From positions 64,001 to 128,000 of IMG/VR virus record IMGVR_UViG_3300021399_000102: DNA of 64,000 nt. One strand, 5' to 3'. Each line of letters begins with the position of its first letter. Position 1 is the first letter of the stretch. This stretch comes from a virus. Lineage: Duplodnaviria > Caudoviricetes. The notes below the pieces were generated by a model. That model was given only the letters and a program-made list of their open reading frames with translations. It ran no database searches and was not told the origin of the DNA. The position numbers and the translations under genes are program-made. This document shows positions 11,158-21,429 of this stretch, one piece after another.

Positions 11158-11724
11158 TTATGCTACGTTGATGATGCTTGTGTTGGAAATATCCCATGGG
11201 TAGTTGTCCATCTCTTGAACTTCTTCAAGAGTCTTTCCAAGGAATGTCACGCTCGTAAGTCCGGTGCAGGCCTCGAACGCAGACTCCCCGATGCTCGTCA
11301 CGCCGTTCGGTATCGTCACGCTCGTAAGCCCGCTGCAACCAGAAAACGCAAAATCCCCAATGCTCGTCACGCTGTTGCCTATCGTCACGCTCGTAAGTTT
11401 GTCGCAGTCACAGAACGCCAAAGACCCAATGCTCGTTACGCTATCGGGGATTATCACGCTCGTAAGTCCGGTGCAGGCCTTGAACGCAGAATCCCCGATG
11501 CTCGTGACATCTGAACCGATTTCAAGCGCAACGACATTATAGATATTTGGAATCTATGCTGTTGCACTTCCATCATCATCACTGATTGCTCCAGTTATGC
11601 TGACCGTTCTCCATTCAGTGTCGCCAGCATACTTGTACCAAGTGTCGGCATGAGTTGTTGGAGCAGAACCACTTGAACCAACCGTAATGTTTCCACCATT
11701 TAGTCTGTTTATTTGTATTGCCAT
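11158..11724 (-). CDS. BspA-like leucine-rich repeat protein 2 (in-frame TAG at 11554-11556)
   Basis: Starts MAIQINRLNGGNITVG like paralog 1, reads through SATA*IPNI into four IPDSVTSIG..AF..C..LTSV repeats. Confidence 0.85.
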
Positions 11725-11755
11725 TTCTTTTCACCTCATTTTGTTTGTTGTGTTG

Positions 11756-12391
11756 TTATTTACACTTTCTTGTTTCTTCAATCTGCTGGCGTTCCATTTC
11801 CGCCATGCAGAATTGAAAGCTTCTTGGTGTCATTGCCATCCACGGCATCATTGAACCAACATTGAGAGAGTTCAGTGGATAGTTCTCGTTCTATGACTTG
11901 TACAACTCAGATTGGCACAACTTGAACGAGTCGTATTCCCAGGAGTTGTGTACATGACCATAGAACATTGGGTTGCCCTTGTATCGGCCATTCCAAGTGT
12001 AGAAGGGATAATGCGTCAGAACCAACCGAACGCCATCCCCAATGTTCTGCTCCTTGTAGTTCTTGATTTCCACGAACTAGTTTCTGAAATCGTTGTCGTA
12101 GAGGAACTGATAGTCGTGGTTTCCCAATATCAAGTGCTTCTGACCCTTCAAGTTCTTCAGGATGTTCACCGTGGTCTTTGTGTCGTAGCAAGACACGTCA
12201 CCTAGGATGAACACATGGTCAGTAGGCTGCACTATGGCATTCCAGTTCTTTGACATCCTGTTGTCGTAATCTTTCGGCCCATTCAACTTGTAGTGGGAGA
12301 ACGTCAGATTGTATGCTGACCTCCGAATGGGATTGGTGTCCGTTTGGTAGCCAAAGTGTATGTCAGATATGTAGAAATAGTTTGTCGTCAC
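11756..12391 (-). CDS. Calcineurin-like metallophosphoesterase (in-frame TAGs at 12077-12079 and 11891-11893)
   Basis: SDIHF, LGDVS, GNHD, then THYP, YGHVH, then NVGSMMPWM lie in three in-frame segments; AAAGGAG SD before GTG 12391. Confidence 0.9.
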
Positions 12392-12545
12392 GAGGCAATG
12401 CTCCTTTCGGCATTTGATGCCGTTGTGGAAGTATTTACAATTCAGAGACCCAATTTGTCCAATAGCCAACCGGTAAGACTTGGCAGTGCAGACAGGAACA
12501 TAAGCAGGTCAAATATGTAGAGGACACCTATTACGCCGAGCCATG

Positions 12546-13154
12546 TCATGATTTGCTTTCTCCCTTGTCGTTCTTTTCATATGTCTTTGTGAAGAAGGGA
12601 TTGAGATAGAGTGATTTGGCTATGTAGCATTTGCGCTTCACCAATCCAAGGAACTTCTTGACAATGTGGGTCTGGATGTTTGCTTGAGGATAGCAAGTGG
12701 CAATCAACTCAAAGCAATAGAGTTTGCCCCGGTCAGTCTTGTAGTCGAAGTCGTATGGCATCCCAATCTTGCCTATGGCAGTGGCAATTGCAATCATCTG
12801 ACCATCCTTGGGGCGAAGAACCATAATCCTGTCAGCTTGGCAAAAGTCTAGCATGTGGCATTTCTCAACGTAAGGGGAAACTGCATGCACCATTTGGTTC
12901 TTCCCAATGTATAGGCCAGCGTGGGAATAGCCTTTTTCGTCGGGGATGAACTTGCCATCTAGATACTTGTTGTAGCCACGAAGCAACACGTCACCCGGTT
13001 CAAGTATCTTCATCAAATGCTCCAAGTCATACCCAGTAATGTACAATGGATCAGGGTCATATGCCAAAATAGGCAGGAAGCCGAAGGACAGAACCTTCAG
13101 CTTTCCGAATTGGGTCAAGAACTCTGACCAAATCTTATATAGTAAACTCTTCAT
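12546..13154 (-). CDS. Permuted NlpC/P60 papain-like amidase (YiiX/YaeF family)
   Basis: PGDVLL, YSHAGLY, PYDFDY, LYCFELI. Confidence 0.8.
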   Translation of the reverse strand: MKSLLYKIWSEFLTQFGKLKVLSFGFLPILAYDPDPLYITGYDLEHLMKILEPGDVLLRGYNKYLDGKFIPDEKGYSHAGLYIGKNQMVHAVSPYVEKCHMLDFCQADRIMVLRPKDGQMIAIATAIGKIGMPYDFDYKTDRGKLYCFELIATCYPQANIQTHIVKKFLGLVKRKCYIAKSLYLNPFFTKTYEKNDKGESKS

Positions 13155-13166
13155 ATTGAAGAGTAT

Positions 13167-13400
13167 TTACAATCCAGACCAGCGATCTTCCCTTGAAGTA
13201 AGGCCAGCAGAAACAACTGCAACCACAAGCAAGAGGGCTATTGCCCCAAGTGCCAATCCAACAGGAATCCAAAGGGGAGCTGTCACCCACCACCAAGACC
13301 AATTGATGACGTGGGTCAGTTTAAGCACAAGAAATGTCAAGAACAAGAGATTGCAAAAGCTTGTTCCACCTACTGTTACGGACGGCTTTGTGTTTATCAT
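13167..13400 (-). CDS. Small phage membrane protein
   Basis: LFLTFLVLKLTHVINWSWWWVTAPLWIP, a motif common in phage membrane proteins. Confidence 0.7.
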   Translation of the reverse strand: MINTKPSVTVGGTSFCNLLFLTFLVLKLTHVINWSWWWVTAPLWIPVGLALGAIALLLVVAVVSAGLTSREDRWSGL

Positions 13401-13449
13401 ATATGTATCTCCATTTGAGGGTTCACATTTTATTATACATAGATTTGCT

Positions 13450-14430
13450 TCAGAGACCCTTGATGTAGTCAATCCATTGCTCGAATGTCTGCTTCTCCAT
13501 ATCCATTCCTGCCTTTATCTTGTTGGCGCGTACTTGGTTGGATATGGATAGCTTGAACGCCTTGTCAATCTTGTCAAACCTCTCCTTGTAGGTCTCGTAG
13601 AACTTCTTGAACCTCTTTTCTGTCGCAATCCTATATGTCTGATTGTCTTGCTTGAGCCATGCGTCTGTGTTCATGAGATAGTAGGTGTCGAACATCTGGG
13701 TGCAAATCAAGATGTCTGCATTCCCATCCTTCTTCCTTTCAATCAATTGATCCACCAATGCACTGATGGAGTCGATGTAGTTGTTGTAGGTCTTCTGCAT
13801 GTAGAGGGGGTCGTGTCTGCATACAGACTCGTCACGCCACTTCCACAGGTAGATTGGCACATCAGAATACTTGATGGAGTTTGGATCGTCAGCAAGCGTG
13901 GTTGCCATGTAGTTGAAGTAGGAATCCTCGTGAACAGTCAAAGATGGATTGAACCGGATGTTCTTGTCAATCAGATACTGACGTTTGTGGAACTTGCCAT
14001 GTACGAATGTCCTGTCCTTCTTGTGCTCTGTGAACCAGACCTTGCCATCCCGATGGACTTCCTCGTAGAACTTTGTGGTGAGGGAGTTGAAACCCTTGTC
14101 CATTTCTGCAAAGATGATGTTAAGACCCACCATCGAGAAGAACATGTCGTCAGCATCGCAGAACATAACATAGTCAGCAGTAGCATGGTCAAGGCATGCG
14201 TTCCTGGTGGCAGAAACCCCCTTGTTCTCCTTCTCCATGTAGTAGTCAATCTTGAATGGATACGACTTCAAGAACTTGTCCGGGAGCTTTGCCTTTGGAT
14301 AGCCGTCATTCACTATGATGACCCCAACCTCGTTGAAGTCAATGCCTTGTTGAAGGGCTATTGAATCGAGAAGAGGTTTCAATACGTCCTTCTTCTCCTT
14401 GTATTGTGGTACCAGAATCTGCAGTTTCAT
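13450..14430 (-). CDS. Family 2 glycosyltransferase
   Basis: ILVPQY, IIVNDG, NKGVSATRN, YVMFCDADD, HEDSYF. Confidence 0.9.
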   Translation of the reverse strand: MKLQILVPQYKEKKDVLKPLLDSIALQQGIDFNEVGVIIVNDGYPKAKLPDKFLKSYPFKIDYYMEKENKGVSATRNACLDHATADYVMFCDADDMFFSMVGLNIIFAEMDKGFNSLTTKFYEEVHRDGKVWFTEHKKDRTFVHGKFHKRQYLIDKNIRFNPSLTVHEDSYFNYMATTLADDPNSIKYSDVPIYLWKWRDESVCRHDPLYMQKTYNNYIDSISALVDQLIERKKDGNADILICTQMFDTYYLMNTDAWLKQDNQTYRIATEKRFKKFYETYKERFDKIDKAFKLSISNQVRANKIKAGMDMEKQTFEQWIDYIKGL

Positions 14431-14506
14431 TTTGGGTTGTTTCCTTCCATATGTCAATTATACAATGTTTGCTGTGTATATTTACATGTGGGGTTGCAAA
14501 AAACAA

Positions 14507-14528
14507 ACCACACGGAAATCCGTGTGGT
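14507..14528. terminator. Intrinsic terminator
   Basis: ACCACACGG-aaat-CCGTGTGGT with adjacent A/T run. Confidence 0.65.
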
Positions 14529-14566
14529 CGTTTTAGATGTGGTTTGTTGCTATCAAACCATTCTCA

Positions 14567-16117
14567 TTAGGCGAGTGGTGCGCCTTCAGCATCCAACCAG
14601 AGTAGATCTGCCGTAACACCCGTAACCTTGCCATCAACCTGCGTCACGCCAACCTTGATGCTGCTGTTCTCGCTTGAAGAGACGCTTGCATCCAATCCAG
14701 CGAACAATGTGGAAGATGTGACAACCACATCCACGGAAGGAGCGAGTGTCGTAGCATCAACGCTCACCGTGACAGAAACGCCTTGGTCAGCGTCCGAAGC
14801 GGAACCACCAACATATGCGTCAGTCTTGGTCTTGAGCGCGTCAATTGCAGCACCAGCAGCATTCAACGCACCAGGAACCGTCTCAACTCCAGCATACACT
14901 GTAGCCGTTGAGCTGTACGCATTCAACGTATAAACAGCATTGTCGCCAATGAGTTCCCACGTTGTGCTTGGATCAGTGCCCGTGCAAATTGCCTCAAGTC
15001 CAGATGTGGAGTCAATCACGATGTCGCCAGCAACTGGGGTCTTTCCAGCTGGAGGTGTGACATTCACGCCACTTGCCGTCTTTTCAACCGTGCCAACGCC
15101 AAGGAAGTGCATCGCGTTTGCGAAGGACTCGGCATTGAGGGATACTGCCGTAACAGAACCACCCTTGGTTGTCACGCCAACCGTGATGCCAGTAGCAGTG
15201 CTTGTGACCGTGCTTTCAGCGATTGCAGCAATCTGCTTGTCAGCCAACTGCTCAACCGTGCTTCCACCAATCGTAAGGGTGTCAGCAGAAACAGTCGTTG
15301 CGCTGAATGTAGCGGTGTCGGTGACCGTCAAGTTCTCGAATGTACCAGACTCAGCCGTGATTGCGTTTGCGCTTACCGAGACTCCTGTGACCTTGCCACT
15401 CTGCGTTGTGACACCAACTTCGATGCCATTTGCAGAAGCCGTCACGGTTGAAGCCGTAAGACCACCAATCGCATTGTCGATGAAATCAGGGATCGTGCTT
15501 CCACCAACCGTGAAGCTATTCTCATCGCCTCCCACAGTCAAGGTGCTTGCCGTAACCGTTGTAGCGTCGAATGTGGCATCGCTTGCGTAGATGCTGTTCA
15601 CGGAAAGGTTTGTTGCATCAACCTGAACGCCCGTCACAGAACCAGATGTCGTGACCACGCTCACCGTGATGCCATTTGCCGTGCCTGAAGCAGCACCATT
15701 ACCAATTGCTGCCTTCACATCCGTGGAGAATGTGGAGGTTTGCGCCGTAACCTTGCCATCTTCGTCCTGGGTTATGCCAGTGATATACTTGTCTTCACCT
15801 TCAGTAGCAAGACCTGCTGTCCATGTGGAGATATCGGCTTGCCACATGCTTTGGAGGGAAGAAACATCCCCACCAATGCTCTGCCAAGCAGAACCATCAA
15901 AGACCCAGCCAGCGCCAGAACCAGTTACAACGATGTCGCCACGAGCCTGCCCAGCCTTGGAGGATGTGGAAGGAACGAATGCAGCATCAACGGTCACGCG
16001 GCCAAGCCCGAACCTCTGACCACCCTTGTAGAGTTCGCCATTATTGACGAAATATACGCCACCTGCATCTGGCGTCTCTGGAAGGTTAGCCACAGAGTAG
16101 AATTTAACTTGTGCCAT
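14567..16117 (-). CDS. Ala/Thr/Val/Ser-rich repetitive fibre- or adhesin-like virion protein
   Basis: Repeated GITV.V.T..G.VT.V units and TLT.GGST repeats; late-type motif upstream. Confidence 0.6.
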   Translation of the reverse strand: MAQVKFYSVANLPETPDAGGVYFVNNGELYKGGQRFGLGRVTVDAAFVPSTSSKAGQARGDIVVTGSGAGWVFDGSAWQSIGGDVSSLQSMWQADISTWTAGLATEGEDKYITGITQDEDGKVTAQTSTFSTDVKAAIGNGAASGTANGITVSVVTTSGSVTGVQVDATNLSVNSIYASDATFDATTVTASTLTVGGDENSFTVGGSTIPDFIDNAIGGLTASTVTASANGIEVGVTTQSGKVTGVSVSANAITAESGTFENLTVTDTATFSATTVSADTLTIGGSTVEQLADKQIAAIAESTVTSTATGITVGVTTKGGSVTAVSLNAESFANAMHFLGVGTVEKTASGVNVTPPAGKTPVAGDIVIDSTSGLEAICTGTDPSTTWELIGDNAVYTLNAYSSTATVYAGVETVPGALNAAGAAIDALKTKTDAYVGGSASDADQGVSVTVSVDATTLAPSVDVVVTSSTLFAGLDASVSSSENSSIKVGVTQVDGKVTGVTADLLWLDAEGAPLA

Positions 16118-16282
16118 TATTGTTTACCTCATTTGTATGTGTGTTTGGATTTACGTAAATCTCACAAGAACATACCTATCCTCATGAGAAATCTTCAATC
16201 TATGTTATATTTACATTAAATCTATCGAAAAGAAAATGGAATCTCCAAATAAATATTGGAAATTCCACTTCTTTTGCGAAAA

Positions 16283-16984
16283 TTAAGCAACATTGATGAT
16301 GCTTGTATCTTCAATTCCCCAAGAATAATTAGACATTGCTTGAACTTGAGCAAGTGTCTTGCCAATGAATGTCACACTGGTCAAGTTAAGGCATTCGTTG
16401 AACGCCTGAAGCCCAATGCTCGTCACCGAATCCGGGATCGTCACGCTTGTCAGCCCACTGCAGTCGTCGAACGCATTATCCCCGATGATCGTCACGCTGT
16501 CGGGGATCGTCACGCTCGCAATACTGCCGCAAGCACTGAACGCCCAATCCCCGATTTCCGTAACGCCATTGCCGATCGTCACGCTCGTAAGCCCGCTGCA
16601 TGCGGAGAACGCGCCCTCTCCAATTGTCGTCACACTGTCTGGAATTGTTACATTCAGAATTCCGCTACTAGAGAATGCACTAGACCCGATGCTCGTCACG
16701 CTATTCGGAATCGTTACACTCGTAAGAGCGCAATACTCGAATACATAATCTCCAATGCTTGTAACTGTATTTCCGATATCAGCTTGAGTTATGGTCTTTA
16801 GCCATGTATATTCATTGTCATCAAAATACCCATTGTCAACCATCCATTGTTGATCAAGTGTTCCTGTTATGTTATGTGTCTCGACAGTTCCATCTTGCAA
16901 TGTGAATCTGGTCTCTGGATGTTCTGAAGAACCTCCTGTTCCAACAGTGATATCTCCACCAACCAATTTATTAATATAAACCAT
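16283..16984 (-). CDS. BspA-like leucine-rich repeat protein 3
   Basis: About six IP.SVT.IG..AF..C..L.SV repeats; N-domain shared with paralog 1 and C-cap with paralog 2. Confidence 0.9.
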   Translation of the reverse strand: MVYINKLVGGDITVGTGGSSEHPETRFTLQDGTVETHNITGTLDQQWMVDNGYFDDNEYTWLKTITQADIGNTVTSIGDYVFEYCALTSVTIPNSVTSIGSSAFSSSGILNVTIPDSVTTIGEGAFSACSGLTSVTIGNGVTEIGDWAFSACGSIASVTIPDSVTIIGDNAFDDCSGLTSVTIPDSVTSIGLQAFNECLNLTSVTFIGKTLAQVQAMSNYSWGIEDTSIINVA

Positions 16985-17030
16985 TTTGCTTTTACCTCGT
17001 TATTGCTTGTTATTTAATCGTGTGTTTCGA

Positions 17031-17423
17031 TTATATTTTCCATTCATCACCATTTTCCTAAAGCCAATCTGGGGATTCCTCGTCTCCAATTTCCATCCAC
17101 TTGAACTCGTTGTCGTCTTTGTCTTTTCGCCACATATATTCTTTCTTGCCATATACAACGACATCTTTCTCTTTTGGGGTTATCAATACATTATCAATCT
17201 TCCAAGTTTCTTTATCTGTGGCAACAAACCCATCGTCCATTATGCCAAGGTAGTTTATGCCACTTTGTGCTTCTGGCGTATAGCAAACCCTTTTTCCACC
17301 GTAATCAAGGTATATTTTGCCTATTCCAGAACTCACATCATGGACAAATAGCAATTGACCTTCGGTAAGCTATTCTGGCATTTTATCCTCGTTGCTGACT
17401 ACCTTGAATGTTACTTTCGCCAT
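17031..17423 (-). CDS. Hypothetical late protein (TAGs at 17370-17372 and 17058-17060)
   Basis: MAKVTFKVVSNEDKMPE*LTEGQLLFV...DWL*ENGDEWKI-TAA; N-terminus loosely resembles that of the 14567-16117 protein. Confidence 0.65.
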
Positions 17424-17425
17424 GA

Positions 17426-17767
17426 TTAATTTCCTCCACTTCCCCCATTGAAATCTCTGTCATCCCATTCCAGGTCAGAACCTTCTCCACCACCTCCACC
17501 AGATTTCACAGCCTTGGCTATCTCATATATCCAAGGTATTGTCATGTTGATGTTCGGTTGGTTCAGAAAGCACTGAAGATCCTTTGCGATTGGATCATCC
17601 TCGCTTCCACCATCTCTTGATTTAGGTTTAGCCATGTTCTTGTAGATGTCGTATATCCACGGAACCACCATGTTGATGTTTGGCTGATTCAGAAAGCACT
17701 CCAAATCCTTCATCTTTGGGTCAAATCCAGTTTCCCCTTGCGTCTTTCTATTCTATTTCCTTGCCAT
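17426..17767 (-). CDS. Hypothetical late protein with internal duplication (TAG at 17753-17755)
   Basis: MARK*NRK...; two copies of KDL.CFLNQPNINM..PWIY.I.K. Confidence 0.65.
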
Positions 17768-17852
17768 CTTTGGTGTTTGTGGTTATGTGTTCTCTTTGTA
17801 TATTTACTTCAGTTCAGATAAAATAACGACCATATAAGTAAATATTGTTTGT

Positions 17853-18077
17853 ATGAAGAAGACGATATTTACATATGTAGGATGCTTTCTTTCTGGCGTT
17901 GCCACAGGAATTGCCTTGTGTTTCTTTACCCCAGTGGGGAATTCCAATATTGAGGAACAATCCACCAATGCAGTTGTCGTGGCAACTTCCGAAACCAATC
18001 GTGCAAGCACCACGCAGAATGTAGATTGGTTTAAGGACAATTCCAACTACATTTGGGATGGTTGGAAAATTAAATGA
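17853..18077 (+). CDS. Small membrane-anchored protein
   Basis: N-terminal hydrophobic helix; GTAAATA at 17838. Confidence 0.5.
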   Translation: MKKTIFTYVGCFLSGVATGIALCFFTPVGNSNIEEQSTNAVVVATSETNRASTTQNVDWFKDNSNYIWDGWKIK

Positions 18078-18120
18078 TTGATGGTTGGGTTTCCCCAACC
18101 ATCTTTCCATTCATTGCCAT

Positions 18121-18522
18121 TTATGGCTATTCTTCCCCTTCACCACCTTCATCTGGCGTCTCTTCCTATTCAACAATTGGCTCAGAATACAAGATGCCAT
18201 TCACAACATATACCTTGTGCAAACTCTCTTTACCGTCTCCAATGTCACGAAGAATGATGTAATCCCACGGACCGAAGTATTTGGAAATCTTTTGGATGAT
18301 TCCCTTGAGCATCGTGTAGAGTTGTCTAACACGAACATCTATGTAGGCGTTTATGTACGCCATGCACCCTTGGAAAATCTTGCCGTGTGAATGTGGGCAA
18401 GGTGGTGGTATTGGATTGGGTCCAGGAATAGGGCAAGGGGGTGGGCAAGGAGGAATAGGAGGAATAGGAGGCATTGGGTGGCATCCTTGACACGCATTCT
18501 AGTTAAATTTCTTGGTATTCAT
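18121..18522 (-). CDS. Pro/Cys-rich late protein (TAGs at 18499, 18166, 18127)
   Basis: MNTKKFN*NACQGCHPMPPIPP...; continuous frame to TAA 18121. Confidence 0.6.
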
Positions 18523-18577
18523 TGTATCGTTCTCTCAATAAATGAAGTTTGTCTATAGATATTTACCATAAACTCCA

Positions 18578-18898
18578 TCAAAATGCAGAGAACTCATTGG
18601 CTTCAAGATATTCCTTGATTGAGCCGTAAACCCCAATCTTGCCAATGTACTTGGAGAACTGTTCAAGGTTCAACATATATTCCTGCGTACCATCAGAGAA
18701 CTTCAATGTCACCATTTTCCTTGGTTCTATTTCAAGTTCCACGCCAGAAATCTTCTTGATGTCGCAGAACTCTTTGACCAATCGACGTTCGTGATCCCAA
18801 GCACGTGTCCACTTTGCCACTGTCATCCCAACGAGTTTGGATATGGTTTCCACGTTATGTCCATATTCAATCGTTCCTTCAAGTTCTTCCATTGTCAT
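18578..18898 (-). CDS. Hypothetical protein
   Basis: ORF in operon. Confidence 0.55.
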   Translation of the reverse strand: MTMEELEGTIEYGHNVETISKLVGMTVAKWTRAWDHERRLVKEFCDIKKISGVELEIEPRKMVTLKFSDGTQEYMLNLEQFSKYIGKIGVYGSIKEYLEANEFSAF

Positions 18899-19163
18899 TT
18901 TTCCATGTTCCTTTCAAGTATAGTTCCAATGCCCTTGCCACTTGGTCTGGACAAGATGTTTCCCTTCTTCCACACTTTATCCCTGATAGGGCTTCAACGC
19001 ATTCTGAAACAGACTTCCCTTTCAACAATCTCATTATTGCGGTTAGGTTTCCGTGGCAACCACCCAAGATTGCCACAGACTTTATGGTGTTGGTATCCTC
19101 GTTGATAAACACCTTGATGAGAGACGAGCAAATGCCTTTTGGTATGTATTCATAGGAAATCAT
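18879..19163 (-). CDS. TSCPD-domain protein (class II ribonucleotide reductase-associated, TIGR03905-like)
   Basis: PKGICS, GGCHGNL, GIKCGRRETSCPDQVA. Confidence 0.85.
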   Translation of the reverse strand: MISYEYIPKGICSSLIKVFINEDTNTIKSVAILGGCHGNLTAIMRLLKGKSVSECVEALSGIKCGRRETSCPDQVARALELYLKGTWKNDNGRT

Positions 19164-19181
19164 GTCATTTCCTATTTACCA

Positions 19182-20198
19182 TTAGTCGCTCATCTGCTGA
19201 CCATACTTCTTCACCAAGTCCCAAATCTCGTTCCAGACTTTCTTGCCCTCGTCAAGCATCTTCTTGTAGTCGAGCATGTTGTATGTTCCCTCAATGAGAT
19301 ATACATGCATATCGTTTGTCAAGTTCTCCCTGGTGGGTTCTTTGTCGTCAATCTCTTGGTTGACGTAGAAGGTGTAGAGATCAACCAAATGGCAGATTCG
19401 CTCGTAGGTTTCCTTTTGCTTCTCTATTGCAAGGTTCTCCACTTCCTCAGCCTCGTCGCGGTTTGAGTTCATCATAATCTGATTCATGCGCTTCTCAATC
19501 TCGTCCTCAGATTCCTCGGAATGCTTGTCTCGCAATACGTCATACATGAACTCAGTGTTGATGGAATATCCCTCTTCGTTCAATTTCTTGAGGTTGTATT
19601 TCAAGTCCCTGAGTACGTGCATCTCCAATGCCCAGAATTCATCCAAGGAATGTCCAGTTTCCTTCCAGTTCTTGTAGTTCCTCTTGTCCCAACGCCAATT
19701 CTTGATTGCGTCCAAGGGACGCTCCCAACAATACCAAACGAGATTGTCCCAGAACTTAAGCCAGAGCCAAAGCAATCCACGAATGACCTTGCAAGCTGAT
19801 ATCCTTCTGATTCTGGCAATCTTCTTTATCCATTGCGTGTGATGTGTGAAGTCCTTGTCCTTGCGCATCTTTACTCTGGTACGCGCAATCCAATCAATGA
19901 ACACGCAATCAACGTCAGATGCGCCCCAAGAGCAGATTCCATCGCAATGCCAGAGACCGAAGTCCCCAAGGTCGTGGGAATGTCTCTGCCGCCAGAAGTA
20001 GGAGCAATTGTCCCCACTATGCTTTTCCCTGTACTTTCTCGCGTATTCAATGGCTTCATCGTATGAACTCACCTTGAAGGTGTCCACCACCCTCGCCTTT
20101 GGCTCGTCCAAGATTGTCTTGTTCTGCGATTCCTCGTCATCTATCACGTAGAACATTTCACAAACGAACCTTGTGTCCCTCCAATTCTTCTTGCTCAT
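19182..20198 (-). CDS. Hypothetical protein
   Basis: 338-aa ORF with overlapping ATGA junction. Confidence 0.6.
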   Translation of the reverse strand: MSKKNWRDTRFVCEMFYVIDDEESQNKTILDEPKARVVDTFKVSSYDEAIEYARKYREKHSGDNCSYFWRQRHSHDLGDFGLWHCDGICSWGASDVDCVFIDWIARTRVKMRKDKDFTHHTQWIKKIARIRRISACKVIRGLLWLWLKFWDNLVWYCWERPLDAIKNWRWDKRNYKNWKETGHSLDEFWALEMHVLRDLKYNLKKLNEEGYSINTEFMYDVLRDKHSEESEDEIEKRMNQIMMNSNRDEAEEVENLAIEKQKETYERICHLVDLYTFYVNQEIDDKEPTRENLTNDMHVYLIEGTYNMLDYKKMLDEGKKVWNEIWDLVKKYGQQMSD

Positions 20199-21429
20199 GA
20201 TTCGTATTTCTCCTTGAGATATTTCAACAAAGCGCGTTCTTCGACTTCTTTCTCCTTGGCTTCATTCACCAGATTTTCCTTGAACCTCTTGGCTTCGTCC
20301 TTCTCCCAATCAGAGATGACCCAAGAACCCTTGAGGTTTCCTTTCTTGTAGCCAGGGCAGAACTGCTGGCAATAGAAACCCTTTCCAACATTGCATTCCT
20401 GACAAGGAATGTCCTGGTTGTGGCACCAGTAGTATTTGCCAAGGTCGTCATAGTCGAACTCGTAGTGGTAGCACTCATATACCTTGGTCTTCTTTGGTGC
20501 TTTCTTCTTGGATTTCTTTTCAGCCATTGGTTATGTCTCCTCCACGTCAAAATCTCCCATGTCCCAGAGATATTCCCTGTCCTCTTCGTTCCTTCTATAC
20601 AAGGTTATCTTTCCAAGGCGAATGAATGGAAATGCCTTTGCTGGATATTTCCTCTCAATCTCCTTGGCGAGAGCATCCTTGATTTCATCAAAGGATTTCC
20701 AGTTGCCGAACTCAGGAAAGCCAAGTTGCCACATTCCAAACTCGTCATTTGGCAATTCAGTATAGTTCCTCACCCACACTGATTTACTGGCGTCAGAATA
20801 TCCACTTGCGAGATATACAACTTGTTTCGCTTTAAGTGTTCTGTGGATTTGCTCTTCTGTTGGCATTTCAATTACCTCTTTGTCATTATATTTTGTTTGG
20901 AATTGGAAAGACTTATTACCCTTGTGCTTCTTGTTGCTTCTTTTTGTTAAGTTCCTCCGCTACAAAATCTTCATTGACTTGAATTTCCGGATCCACCAAC
21001 AAGCTCTTTTTGCAACTCCACTTTCCACAGCACCAAAGCTCGTTCACTGCTATTCCAAGTTCAGAACATCCCATTGTTGTTGGACAATTGCCAAAATAAT
21101 TTCCATAACGGCCAAATGTCTTGAAGTGGTTGCAGGTTTTGCAACATTTAATGCAGAACGGATGGTTCAACGTTAAATTGTGCTTGCATTTTTCAACTTC
21201 ATTTTCAAGTTCGGTTCCAAGCTTATATTTGAGCAAGTCCATTGATGACTTTCGCATCATTCTTTCCCGTTCTATGGATTCTTGCGTAAATCCGCCTATT
21301 CTTCGATTAACCATGGTTCTCATTTCTCCTATTGTTATTATACGATATTTGGGTAAACTATTAAAGAAGTTCGGCGCAGAAACAATCTACGCCGAACCAG
21401 GAACACACGATGAATGAACGAACAACAAA

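Noticed and set aside
7863-16984. Diversity-generating retroelement acting on LRR genes
   Set aside because: No reverse transcriptase and no template/variable repeat pair with adenine-specific differences seen in this window.
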